A stretch of DNA of 63,505 nt, the filler included, from Folioceros fuciformis (taxonomy: Eukaryota): the NCBI GenBank assembly GCA_049999805.1. It is 8 parts of 8 records of this genome, joined end to end, with 100 filler letters (N's around TTAATTAATTAA, not from the genome) between each part and the next. Parts side by side here need not be neighbours in the genome. Positions count along the whole stretch, not along the records: positions 41,723 to 62,221 come from JBNGIO010005337.1; positions 62,322 to 63,505 come from JBNGIO010005409.1; 6 more parts are not named here. The stretch is one strand, 5' to 3'. This document shows, piece by piece, positions 47,502-63,505 of the stretch (positions are counted from its first letter, which is position 1; each line of letters starts with the position of its first letter). The position numbers were made by a program, and so were the translations under genes. Under the pieces are notes generated by a model that was not told the DNA's origin, ran no database searches, and worked only from the letters and a program-made list of their open reading frames with translations.

Positions 47502-49956
47502 CCACACAATTCCTGCCACATTTCCTCGCACACCTGCCTTGCTGCCTGCCGCTTCGGCACCGTGCACAGCTATGGAGGATTGAAGGAGGCCTTTCGTTGG
47601 GCGCTGCCGAGTGGGAGCTTTTCTGGGGTGAGCTTGACGGCAGCTGGAACACTCATCTGATAGTGGAACAACACAACCTGCAATTGTAGTCTTTGCTTTG
47701 TTCGTGGCATGACTTGCAGCGTCACATGAAGCTTCCACCCGGGAGCTTGGAGTTTCAAACCGATCATCTTCTTTCGAGGCCGACTGCTTGGTCAGGAAGC
47801 AGCGTGGAGGGCCATTTCGCAGCACGCGCTTGGCGACCGTACCAGGCAGATGCTTACGGTCAGTCAATTCCCGCCAGCGGAACATCTACGGGATGGGCAC
47901 ACCTCCACATATCTGAGCCATCGGCTTTGTGGTGGCGAAGGCGAATGAGAGGGGCGAGAGCACTAGTTGGAGGGGATTGAAAAGTCTTCCGCAATACGTG
48001 GGGCAACTGTAGTTCGATCGAGTCGAGTCTCGATAGCCCATGGTGGATGTCCACTCGGGACCTGCTTTCTGGTGTTTGAGACGTTACTCACGCGGCGTAG
48101 GCCAAGGTCGTCGTGACAAGGATGTGGCGTATTTATGCAACAAGTCGAAATGATGATGCATATGCATGCGTATATGCATCTTATAATTATGAGACTCCCA
48201 CCTGTACGGCATGCCGAAAGAGAATATTCTCTCTCTACTAATATTATATTTGTTTTTTCTGGGTTTGTACAAGCATATTCGTTTTTCATTCTCTATTTTT
48301 CAATTTCCCCTTGACCAAGAACTAGGCACACACACCTTCAAAAACCTACTCCTCCCTGGAAGCTTAGAGAAGGTAGGAAGACGCAATTTGTAGAAAGCGG
48401 TGGCCTAAGAGTTAAATGTACAAAGTAACTTTCTTGTTTTGGCAAAAATGACCTGAGAAAATATTGCTTCAAAAAGTGCCCAAAGAAAATGTCATTTGAA
48501 GGTGGGTAATTTTCGCAATGTGCAGTATGGTGGCATTGTAAGACACGCAGTGAAACTAGGTGAAGAACAACTTTTTTTGACGAGTTTTCAATGCACTTTG
48601 CTCGATGCGTTGATGAGAGGGTTAATGAGAGGGTTATACCCCTTGTATCGGAAGGACCTATGTTTAGCAACGTTTTGAAAACTGTGGTCCTCTTGAAACC
48701 ATTTATTTAAAATATACAAACTTATAAATGACATATATTGAAGAAGACTTTCAAACCTAAAAGCAGATTCATATAAGGAAATATATAGAATGATAATGTT
48801 TTAGAGAATATTTTGCTAGCTGTTCAAGATGTGGCCTAGTACAAAAAAGGGATCCAGAATAATCCTTTTTTGAAAGAGTCGTCCTGGCTTGTTGTGATGT
48901 AAGGGCTGGCTTTGTTCTCTATTGAAGAAGTGATGCTATCACACAAATATTAGTTTGTGTGTTGTGAACCATTCCTAAGGCACAATTGCATTTCTTGAAA
49001 GTTCAAGCAAGCCTAAGTGTTGTTGGAAGCCTAGTTTCGCTCCTTGGTAGAAGGTTGTCTATGTTCTTCATCAGAACGACAACAATGTTCGTGTTTACAA
49101 AGCTCTTAGTGCTTGCATTCATTGTAAAAAGAGAAGGTAGTTGGATTGTTCTTAGAGGATGGGTTGTGCGTGCTAGCACTTAGAGCTCGAATTCTCTCTT
49201 CTTCTTTTTTTCCCACTTAGCACTAAAACGAAATAACTTTATGTCTTGGGCTATTTGGTATGAGGCTACATGAGGCTTGGCTTTAAGTTTTCAGGTTTAT
49301 ATGAGGAATGTGGGGCTTGGCTTTGAGCGTTCTCGTTAATTTGGGCACCAAAGACAAAGTGGGTACTCAAGAGTGACTAGGTATAGCATGATGCAAGTAC
49401 CAAGTACCATGACGGAAATCCATTCTCTGTAAACTCTTATAGAATTCGTCTTCGTCGTGGCGTGCCACAAGGTAAGCGAATATTACGTCCATGGACAACT
49501 CACATATGCTGGCATTCATAGCGTTTTGGAGCGTAGAAGCTCAGAACACAGCCCAAGAAATGAACAAAACATAGATCCTTGTTGTCCACGGTCTTAAAGT
49601 TTCCACAAGACACGATCCCACGATCCCGATGAGGGGACTGGGTTTGAAATGTAGTAGACATCAATGCCTACATATATTCTTTTCCACAGCAGACAGTTCC
49701 CATGGTCAGGCGGATTGTGGTTTGTAACTTGGTCTCGGTAGCTCGTCCGCACTACAACTCCATGAATGAGCCCAGTGTGAGAAGCCGTGCGATGTTCCAG
49801 AACTTGATCTAGAATGCCTGGAAGACAGGATTCCCTTCACGCACGGTCCTTATCCGACGGGACAACAATCCCTAGCAACCTAAACTAGGGTCGTCGTAAA
49901 CCCCGGTAAATGGATGCCAGTTTCGGACCCTGACTCCTCGGAGCCTTTATGCCGCG

Positions 49957-51465
49957 ATGGAGCGTGTGGCTTTGAGGGCGGTGTGCTGTAATATGCCTGC
50001 ACTTCAGCAAATTGCAGGGGAATTCCCCGCCGGCCGCTGTGTCTGTGGTTTCTCCGTCGCTAAAGGCTTTCTGGGTTTCAGCTGGGATGGAAGGTCTCTG
50101 CTCCCAGGAGCCAAAGGGATGGAGACTGTGAAAACCAGGGCACATTTTGGGGTTGCTGCGAGCGAGAATGATCTGCAGCTTCCACGGGAGCCGAGTCGCA
50201 CGTTAGGTTTGCCCTGCCGAGGGCCCAATGTCCCTCGAGCATTGGCAAGGGCGGAGCCGCTTTCCACGCCAGAGGTGCATGCTTTGTCCTCAGATTGTGT
50301 GGAATGCCACGGGTGTCTGGTTGCATGTCAAGTTTGTGGGCATTGGAATCCTAGGTAGCAACGGACGAAGGAGGGTTGCATAGAATGACGTCTGGCAGGC
50401 CAGATTTGGGCTGATGATCCATGTAGGTGTTTGTCTGTTTTCTCGGTTTTGGGAATTGGGCGACCAAGATGTTGAGCCTCATTGAAAGCGAATTCTCCAG
50501 GTGGAGGCGTTTTTGGACTTGATCAAATGGGACAGCAAAGGGCTTGCAGTCGCTATGGCACAGCATGTAGACACGGGCGCCATTCTGATGCAGGGATTTG
50601 TAAATCGTGATGCAGTTTCTGCAACATTGGCGTCGTGTAGGGCAACCTTTTTCAGTCGGAGCAGGTCTCAGTTATGGACCAAGGGAGAGACTTCTTCAAA
50701 TTTCATCGCAGTGGAAGATGTTTTCCTAGACTGTGACAGTGATTCGGTATGACCTCGTGACCTTCTTGTGCAATCTTGTATGCTAATCATAGGCCTGGCC
50801 TGACGGGGCAATACGCTTTGACAAGATTATTTACCTGGGAAAACCTGACGGACCAACATGTCACACCGGAGCTGAAACATGCTACTTCACATCGGCCTCT
50901 CAGAAGGGACTACTTTCAAAACGGGTCAGTTAGCAAATGGTCTTCCCTGGATTTTGCCGCCGTGGATGCCAACCCTGCAGCAACTCGGGCTCCAACTGGG
51001 TGTGTTTCAGACGGCTCCTTCAACGCAGGCACTGACAACCTTGTACTCCCTGGAAGCTACAATTGCATCCCGGAAAGTCGAGCTTTCGTCAGATACTGCC
51101 AAACCTTCCTGGACGAAGAAACTTCTAACTAATCAAAGTCTTCTCTGTTCGAAGATCAGGTCTGTTCATCCTCTCGGGAGTGCATTGTTGGGAGTTGAGT
51201 CATTGAACATTCCTCACTCATTATTTTATGTTCTTCCATCCACAGAGAAGAAGCAGATGAGCTGTGCCGAACAGTCGAGCAGAACGAGGGCAAGCAAAGG
51301 ACAGCTTCTGAAATGGCGGATGTTTTGTATCACACCATGGTGCTGCTGTCCGTGCAAGATGTCAAAATGGAAGAAGTCCTTGCCCTGCTTAGAGCGAGAT
51401 TTGCTCAGTCTGGCGTGGAAGAAAAGAGCAACAGGAAACAGAGAACAGAAGCCCCCCCAGCTTGA
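49957..51465 (+). CDS. HISN2: Bifunctional phosphoribosyl-AMP cyclohydrolase/phosphoribosyl-ATP pyrophosphatase (HisIE), plastid-targeted, 5 exons
   Basis: IKWDSKGLAVAMAQHVDTGAILMQGF, SRSRSQLWTKGETS, DCDSDS|IIYLGKPDGPTCHTGAETC, KIR|EEADEL, EMADVLYH; transit-peptide-like exon 1 (49957-50274). Confidence 0.95.
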
Positions 51466-52014
51466 TTGTTACATTCACCACGGTCTGTAATTACGTGGAG
51501 CCCGTCTTGTTCCGAACGGGAGAACAAATTTTGTCTACGGTGTCCTGATCGACACTGCAACTAGAAGAATCCTTTGCGATCCAGAATATTCGGACATGTT
51601 CGTACGTTGTGCGCTTGTGGCATGGTCTGCGACACGTGGCTCTTCACTGCAAGGTCGATGTCTAAACACCCGGGTTCTGCGCGCGGCTCCCTGGCCCCTC
51701 ATCCACTCTTCGCCGTGCACGCCAGACATCTGCTCCAGTCGCCCAAACGTCTTTCGTGCACGTTTGCAACAGTTCCGCACAACAGGTGCCACGTCTGCGG
51801 AAAGTGGTGATACTGATGCCGCTGGACTGCCAAAGTTAACGACGGATCGGCATTACTCTGCTTCTGACCAGGAAAATGGGCGTGCTCTTGCTTCGCCGCT
51901 ACTAGGAGAATCGTGTCCTCCCCTTCATCTGCTGCTTGGCTACCAGGTTCAGACGCTTGATCATCGCTCTCGGCTATTCTGTGGGGTGCGGGGTGCGCCA
52001 AATTTGTTTTCCGG

Positions 52015-55000
52015 ATGGCCAGCTTGACCCTGAAGTATGTGCCCTTCCAGGCAATTCAGTCCTCATCAGTAGACAGGAAGATCGCGGGCCAAATAATCAA
52101 GAGCAGGGTGGCAGCAAGGAGCATCAGGAGGCTTGTACTGGTCTCGGGTAACGTGTGCAGCAGCTCAACATGTGGGGAGAGTACAAGCGACGGATTGTTG
52201 TTGTCCTGTGGAGGGTACCGTGGGCAAAGAATTGCAGCAGTATCGAGAGGTTTTCAAGCTGGGAGGGCATGTGGTAGGAGTAGGGATGTGGGCTTCCCGT
52301 CTGTGGACCACTTGTGCACTTCCTGCGCATCTGCAGCGAAAACCGGATTGCGAGCCACACCCTCCAAATTCCGTGAAGCAGCTGTGCAGGATGGGGAGAA
52401 CATAGAGCCAGATGTTGAGGAAGAGAAGAGGGACGGAAGGGAATTGACGGTTGACACCACTGGGGATGGCGAGCGCGGAGGCTTGTGGAATGATCTGCCA
52501 GATAGATACAAGGCTATCTTCGCAACATCGCTGGCATTTGTTATTTGTAACATGGACAAGGTTAGTATGCTCATGGCGATGAGGATATCTCTCTAGCTGG
52601 CTTGTACCCCGTGGAGTTGATGCGGAGCCTTTTGCGCAGAACAGGTGAACATGAGCATTGCGATTATTCCTATGTCTCACCAGCTGGGATGGAATGCTTC
52701 AACAGCAGGGCTAGTGCAGTCTTCCTTCTTCTGGGGTTACGCTCTGAGTCAGCTGCCGGGCGGGTGGCTCGCTAAAACCTTCACAGGGAAGTAAGTACAG
52801 GCCAACTGTCTCTGGCACCTTCTTCGCAAGACGTGCAGATCACCAGGATGGTTTCCATGTGGAAGGTGTTATGCCTGAGTATGTGTGGAAAACTCCTGCA
52901 GGAGGATACTGCGTGCAGGGGTTTTACTGTGGTCCTTAGCCACGGCAGCACTTCCAACTTTTGCTACTGTCATGCCAGCACTTCTTTTCAGTCGGCTAGC
53001 GGTCAGTTCCCGATTCGCACTATTGTCTGGAGCTAGACCACACTTCGGCACCCATATTTTTCTATTGTACCAGTCCCGCTTGCATCTGTCAATGCTTGGG
53101 TATTGGTTCTGATTATTGTGCAGGTGGGACTTGGAGAAGGAGTCTCTCCCTCATCTGCTACAGATTTGATTGCGAGGTTTGCCTTCCCTGTGGATTCCCA
53201 GTGTGTCTCCGTTTAGCTTGTTCACACAGATACTGTTTACCGTTACCCTTTTCCTTGGGAAGCTTAGCACTTTTGACACTCAAGGCTTTCTGATTCGCAG
53301 GACTGTGCCAGCTACGGAACGCTCAAGAGCAGTGGCCTTTGTCTTTGGTGGACTCAATGTTGGCAGCGTGGCTGGGTACTTATATGTGCTGTTTAAAAGC
53401 CTTTACGTTGAAGTACTTGTTGTTGTTGTTGTTTGTTAAAGTTTGGTCCAATCCATGCAGGCTTCTCATAGCTCCGCAGATAATCAAGACGTATGGGTGG
53501 GAAACTGTCTTTTACATCTTCGGCCTGGTTGGTATAATCTGGTGAGTTCTAGGTATGCTGTAGCAGAGTCGCCGTTTCCTTCTCTCGTACAGGTTGTGCT
53601 ATAACGATCGCGTCGATGTATATATTCAGGTGCTTCGCCTTTGAGAGTACATACAGCGAGGGGGAAAAAGACTCTGCACAGTCCACGCAAATATCTGGTA
53701 AGAAAAGTTTGTCCCAAAGGGGAATCTGTCTCGCTGTGCCAATGAGTTTCTTTTGCAAGACTGTTCTGCCAATGAATTTCCCCACATAAGCCAGAGTTTT
53801 CTTGTTTTCCAAGCGTTAGGGAAGAATGGCGAAGCTGAGAAGGCCATGCTGAGAATCCCTGGTACCAAGGAGACAAATTCAGAAGGCAAAGGCATTGAGA
53901 TGGATAATGAAGTAAGGGTCCGGTTTCTCTTGTCTCTTGATATTGGTCACACTGTTAAATGCCTGAGGTGTTGAGGTTGGTCTTCTCGTTAACGTTCTAT
54001 ACTCCCTGGATGTGCTCTAGCCAATACCATGGAAGGAAATCCTAAAGAGCCCAGCAGTCTGGGCAATGATCTATGCGCACTTTTGTGGAAACTGGGGACA
54101 CTACACTCTTCTGTCCTGGCTCCCCACGTACTTCAGGTTTGGCATGCGTTTCTTTCTGTGGCTGTCAACGTTGCAATATTCTTGTGAGATCTGACTTCAC
54201 ACATTTAGAATTGGGCACGTCATCTAATACTCACTGGCTGCTTGCTCACCAGCGAGGAGTTGAACCTGGACCTAACCAACGCCGCAGCGGTAATTGGAAC
54301 ACTCCTAAAACCTCAACGTACGCATCAGCCTTCTGGCCATGTAATCCTAATATTGTTGATGTCGGCTGTAGGTATCGATTCTTCCTGCAGTGTGCTCTAT
54401 AGGAGTGTCGAGCATAGCTGCCCCTCTAGCAGATAAACTGATCTCTAATGGAGTGGATACCACACGGGTGCGGTCTCATCAAGGACTAGTCGTCCCTTTT
54501 TGCTAGGTGATCTCTGCGCAGGGCAAGGGACTAACGTTTTTGATGGAGATGCAGGTCCGAAAAGTATGCCAGACCATTGCTTTCGTATCACCAGCTGCTT
54601 GTATGGCTATCGCCTGTTTAAACGAACATATGGCTCCCTGGGCTGTCGTGGGCTTCTTGACTGCAGGCATTGGCCTGTCAAGTGTGGCATTTTCAGGTGC
54701 AGTCGAGTTCAGTCACTACCGACCTGTCCATTTTTTTGAAGCTAGTTTCACCTTCAGCTTATCGTTAGCTGTGCTCCACTGCAGGGTTCTACTGTACTCA
54801 TCAGGATATATCCCCCAAATATGCAAGCGTCTTGTTGGTACGATAAGATGACCTCATCTGAACATCTAAATGTAAGGGCACTGTATCTCACATAACTGAA
54901 CGCTGATCCACAGGGCATTACAAGTACGGCCGGAGCTATTCCTGGTGTTGTAGGTGTAGCACTGGTTGGTTACATATTTGACGAAACGCAATCCTGGGAT

Positions 55001-55203
55001 GTAAGTACCCTTTCCTATCTATACCTGTGTTCCTCCATTGCTGTATGTTTCCGAACTGACTAGTGACCCTGTTTCGTGTGCAGCTTGCCCTGTTTGTCCC
55101 ATCTATTTTCTTCTACCTCACCGGAGCAGTGGTCTGGAATATGTTCGCGAGCAGCGAGCCACAAAGTTTCGAGAGTGTCCCACAGGAATCCAAGGCGAAG
55201 TAG
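52015..55203 (+). CDS. PHT4;5: Plastid MFS anion/phosphate transporter, PHT4;5 (ANTR6)-like, multi-exon
   Basis: RYKAIFATSLAFVICNMDK|VNMSIAIIPMS, GLVQSSFFWGYALSQLPGGWL, ERSRAVAFVFGG, GFYCTHQDISPKYASVLLG; stop at 55201-55203. Confidence 0.9.
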
Positions 55204-55462
55204 GTTCACACATCCAAGCAGATATAGTAGGTTGGAGAGAGAGAGAAGAAAGTGCAGGCCCCTAGGCTTGAGGATCCAACCATTCGTATGTGTACAATAG
55301 TACGTTGTGACCATTGTCAATGGCAGTAGGACGGTGTTCCACACGCACACAATCTCCCCACTCTTGTGTACAGAAGTTTCTGGACCATGGTGCTGTACCT
55401 TATCCAACAACAATCGTAATCGGACGTGCAGTACACTGAATGACAAGCGTGACGAGACCAGA

Positions 55463-56385
55463 TCAGGAGGCCCTGCTGTCCGTGGACCTGAGCCAACTAG
55501 CCCACTTGCTCAGGAGAGCATGTGGATTAGCATCCATGCGAGTACCCACTCCGCCCCAGACAAGCAAGTGGGGAATATCTTGCAGCTGCCCTCCAGTCAC
55601 CTCATGGACAGGCCTAAATCCGAACCAACTGTAGTATCTGACGAGCTGCATCAGGAGGTTATCAGCTGCAAGATTTGATACTTCCTCAGCCACAGGTTTG
55701 AAATCCATGGTATTTATTTATTTACCTTTGCATGATACTCAGGGGAGTCGTTGATGGCCAGAAGCTCAGCTTTCACGCAAGAGCAGTCTACGCCATGCCG
55801 CAGAGCTACGGCTCCTACAAAGACTGCTGCGTCCAGCAGGGATGACCGCCTCCGAGCCGACAACTTCGTCAACCTTATCGACTCCAAATGCAGTATCCTC
55901 CCTCCTAACCATGGGAGGACAAACCCTTGCGCTCGACCTAGATCTCCCCCATCCAAGCTCCATGCCTGTATAGTAAAGCCGGCACCGAGGCTTCTGAGTT
56001 CCAGCCTAGCTCCCTTCTCCTCTGCCGCTGCCAAAATCTCTGCCATGGAAGGCAAACTGTTAAGGTTTTCGCCCCTTCCACCACGCTGCCTACCACCCCC
56101 CGCATCTACACCATTCGATGGCATGCTCACCTCCTCCTCGCAAGTTGACATCCCAGCAGCTGACTTGCCGGATGCAACATCAAACAGAGTGAAGGAGCGT
56201 TCTCCTCTACTTGCACGCACTTTCCTTCGAGTGCTGCCCTTCCTCTTGAGCCGAGGGCAGTCCAACCCTGTGCAACCGTGCTGCAACGCCACAGGGTGGG
56301 GCAGCACATTGTAGCTATTCGCCGTTCCCCGGCATGAGGCTGCGGTCGTGAACGAAGAAACAGGAGGGTGCACCACGGCATCCAT
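55463..56385 (-). CDS. Conserved uncharacterised, probably plastid protein (possible GNAT-like fold), 2 exons (56385-55726, 55645-55463)
   Basis: ILHLESIRL, KAELLAINDSPEYHAK|LVRYYSWFGFRPVHEV, LLVWGGVGTRMDA; GT-AG intron; transit-like N-terminus. Confidence 0.85.
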
Positions 56386-56928
56386 GTTGAGCGAATGCAC
56401 AAAGCAACTTTTGGAATTCCTGCAATAAGATCATGGACTCGAACAAGGATCTCGTCAGGCTGGTCCACACGAATTTCACCGAAAAGTTTACCAGACCAAC
56501 GCAGCTTGATTAAATGATGACACAAATCGATGGCGAGTGTTGATATGCAAGGCCAAGCTTGCAGATGGTCCCTCACATATTTAACACTCACCACGGATTA
56601 CTATCTCAGTTTTCTGCACTCACTCTCGTGGTCTCGATGCCTTCACACGCTTACCCAACAACACGTCCAAGCTTGAGGAACTCTGCTGGGTACACGGGAA
56701 AGGAAAGTGGTAACAAAGCCAACGATATTCCATTCTTTGTGATTCAAAACTGGCTTCGCGCAATCCGGCATTTCTCCGGTAGCGTAAGTACGTACGTAGC
56801 TCACAGAACGACGACTGTGCACGAGGTCCGCGAGGAAGAGGTGGACGGATGTCGTGTGAACCCGGAATATGATCTTCGTGTGAATTTGGTCAGGGGACTG
56901 GTGGGACCTCTAGGCTCTTGAAAGTAAC
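56386..56928. promoter_or_regulatory. Probable bidirectional promoter region
   Basis: Only 543 bp between divergent start codons at 56385 (-) and 56929 (+). Confidence 0.5.
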
Positions 56929-61289
<4,361 letters not shown>

Positions 61290-62321
61290 CCATTTTTGCG
61301 AATGGCATCCACTCTGCTACCTCCGCAAGAGCGTTCATTCACTTCAAGTAAGTCCTCCTTTCCTGACGAGAACTCTTGTGCATTGTGTGATTTGCTAAGG
61401 CTGTCGATGCAGGTTGGTGTAGGTTTTGGCTGACTTGAGCAGGGTTTATTGGTCATGAACAGGATACACCTGACTAGACACGCGTTGATTTCTTCGAGAC
61501 ATTCTATGCTTGGTCACGTAGCTGAGCGAGGTGACCGCGCCACTTGCGCTGGAACTCAGACACTTTGGTCTGAGCTTTCTTCATCTCCCTATTTCCTCCC
61601 TTGCCTTCCGCACGGAGGTCCCTATATACTGTATACAGCTTGCTGTCAGGGTGCGGAAACCACGCGGCAAAGGTTACCGAAAGTCCCGGCTCACTGAGTC
61701 ACCATCCGGAGAAGCCCCTGGATACGCCGTCCTTTTGATTCTCCATCCCTCCTGGTGTCCCACCAGACCAAGATGTGACAGACTATGGTACGATCCGCCG
61801 GCCACGGCCAAAGAGTACGGACACGTCTCTATGCACTCTAGACATCTTTACGTTCTCATCGTCTTCACATAGATCAATTAGAGATCGTAATACAAGTTCC
61901 TGCAAAATAAAACATTGTTATTCCAGTAACACCTACGTGTAGTTAACGCAGTAGCAGCTGCGGGAATTGGAACCGTAGAGTCAAAAACTGTTCTAAACAT
62001 AAACTCTGTTATTTCTATCTCTCAATGCCCATAGTAGAAAATACAAAACTTAAAGCGTAGAAACTTTGTTATACAAGAATTAGAAGCTTCATAAAACTAA
62101 AAATCTAGAATTGATTTTTATAAGACTATTGATTTATAATAATAATAATAATAATAACAATAAATTTAAAATAGTAAATACTAAATTATTTTTCTTGAAT
62201 ACTTCTTGTCAAGGATAGTATNNNNNNNNNNNNNNNNNNNNNNNNNNNNNNNNNNNNNNNNNNNNTTAATTAATTAANNNNNNNNNNNNNNNNNNNNNNN
62301 NNNNNNNNNNNNNNNNNNNNN

Positions 62322-63505
62322 ATAATATTTCTCAAGTTAGAGAGAGGTGAAGTCAGAGAGAGAGAGAGGCTCCTATAAGATCAGGTGAGCCTGTAGGAAG
62401 AAGGAGTCATTCACTTTTGGGAGTCAGTCTATCTCTTTGTGAGCTCTTGGAGGTCCTCTCTTCTTGAGCTCTTGTGGTCTGTCCCTGCTTGGTCTAGGAC
62501 CTGCAGTGTGTTGCCGGTTGTGCAACGTCTGGTAGGATCGCAAGCCGTGTGTTGCCGGCTGTACAGTGTTTGGTAGGATCGCAGGCAGCGTGTTGCCGGC
62601 TGTACAGTGTCTGGTAGGATCGNNNNNNNNNNNNNNNNNNNNNNNNNNNNNNNNNNNNNNNNNNNNNNNNNNNNNNNNNNNNNNNNNNNNNNNNNNNNNN
62701 NNNNNNNNNNNNNNNNNNNNNNCGTGTGTTGCCGGCTGTACAGTGTCTGGTAGGATCGCGGGCAGCGTGTTGCCGGTTGTATAGTGTCTGGTAGGATCAC
62801 AAGGTGTAATGACCAGGGTGAAGGGGCTTGCCCCTAGCTCTTGATTGGAAAGGGTGTGTCTTCCTCCCGACCTGTCCACTCTTGTTCCTTGCTTGGTCAA
62901 GTGCTGTAGGCCGGCCATGTCTCATGGCGTCTGGTAAGGTTGTGGGGAGGAGATACCCAAGAGGGGAGTGTGTTCCCTTCTTCCTTTTGTTTGGGGTTAG
63001 TCTAGTGACTCTTGCCGGGTAGGAGGAGTCCGTAGGGAAGTGTAGAAGGTAGTGGTGTCGTTGCTGGTTGCTGGTAGTTGTTGGTGTTGGTGCTGGAACG
63101 AGAGAGTGAGTGAAGTGAGTGAAGGAAGTCGTAGATCTGAGAGGTTAGAGTCGTTGTAGTGGCTGGAGTGAGTTTGTGGGCACCGAGAGAGGTGCAGCTG
63201 ACCGTCGGACAGCGAGGCCTGTCCTACGCCTGATCGGAGCTGGAGGGGAGCCCTCGAATCCATCATCGAGTTGATCAAGTCCGACCCTCCATCCACAGCA
63301 GCAAGGAACCCCATCGCTCCTTCGTGGGAACGAAACCCAATGTCTCAACGACAGTGGGATAAGTGTGGCCACTAAAGGTGGAACCCGTCGGCAATCAGTG
63401 CCCGGGGTTTTGCCTCCACAAGCTTGTACAGATCATTTAAGGGATAAGCCTTGGCCAAGAGGAGTCCATCTTGTTCGATTTGGCACTCATCAGGCTCGGA
63501 TTCGA
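62322..63505 (+). mobile_element. Probable LTR or non-coding part of a retrotransposon
   Basis: No coherent ORF; GAGTGA/GTTG-rich tracts resemble the minus strand of the 23722-27715 solo LTR; contains a tandem array. Confidence 0.35.
62508..62800. repeat. 41-bp tandem repeat GTGTTGCCGGCTGTACAGTGTCTGGTAGGATCGCAGGCAGC
   Basis: Units at 62508, 62549 and 62590; array continues past the N-gap. Confidence 0.92.

Noticed and set aside
51535-52027. ORFs between HISN2 and PHT4;5 and antisense ORFs over the genes
   Set aside because: Non-ATG or shadow frames in UTR/promoter or opposite real exons.
55646-55725. Intron translating as DFKPVAEEVS, similar to exon FRPVHEVT
   Set aside because: Too short to distinguish from chance; the canonical GT-AG intron explains the gene.
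62508-62800. 41-bp and 58-bp (28775-29020) arrays as CRISPR
   Set aside because: Head-to-tail units without unique spacers, no cas genes, eukaryotic context.

Overview
Eukaryotic land-plant nuclear DNA. The compact GT-AG genes with ~80-200 bp introns and ~50% GC look hornwort/bryophyte-like, but the taxon is an inference. The window is 8 contigs joined by artificial 100-bp N-TTAATTAATTAA-N linkers, so adjacency across linkers is unverified. Bases 1-46 kb are a retrotransposon nest: five diverged Ty1/copia elements (A 1-6839, apparently intact; B 12522-18887; C 21110-28016; D 30980-35002; E 35144-41622 on the minus strand), a ~4 kb solo LTR with a 5-bp TSD and a captured receptor-kinase fragment, gypsy and MULE/SWIM relics, and tandem repeats. 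Bases 46-62 kb are a gene island: a GH19 chitinase-like gene with catalytic Glu->Asp, HISN2, PHT4;5, an uncharacterised plastid-type gene and RECQ2. The main discovery candidate is a recurring accessory architecture in the copia elements. It comprises tiled leader uORFs, an extra sense ORF0 (Arg-rich N-terminus, coiled coil, shared motifs) between PBS and gag, a covarying 3' hairpin with a GGAUGAAGC core, and antisense 3' ORFs (one spliced) ending at that hairpin. All alignments and folds were made by eye; no database searches were run.
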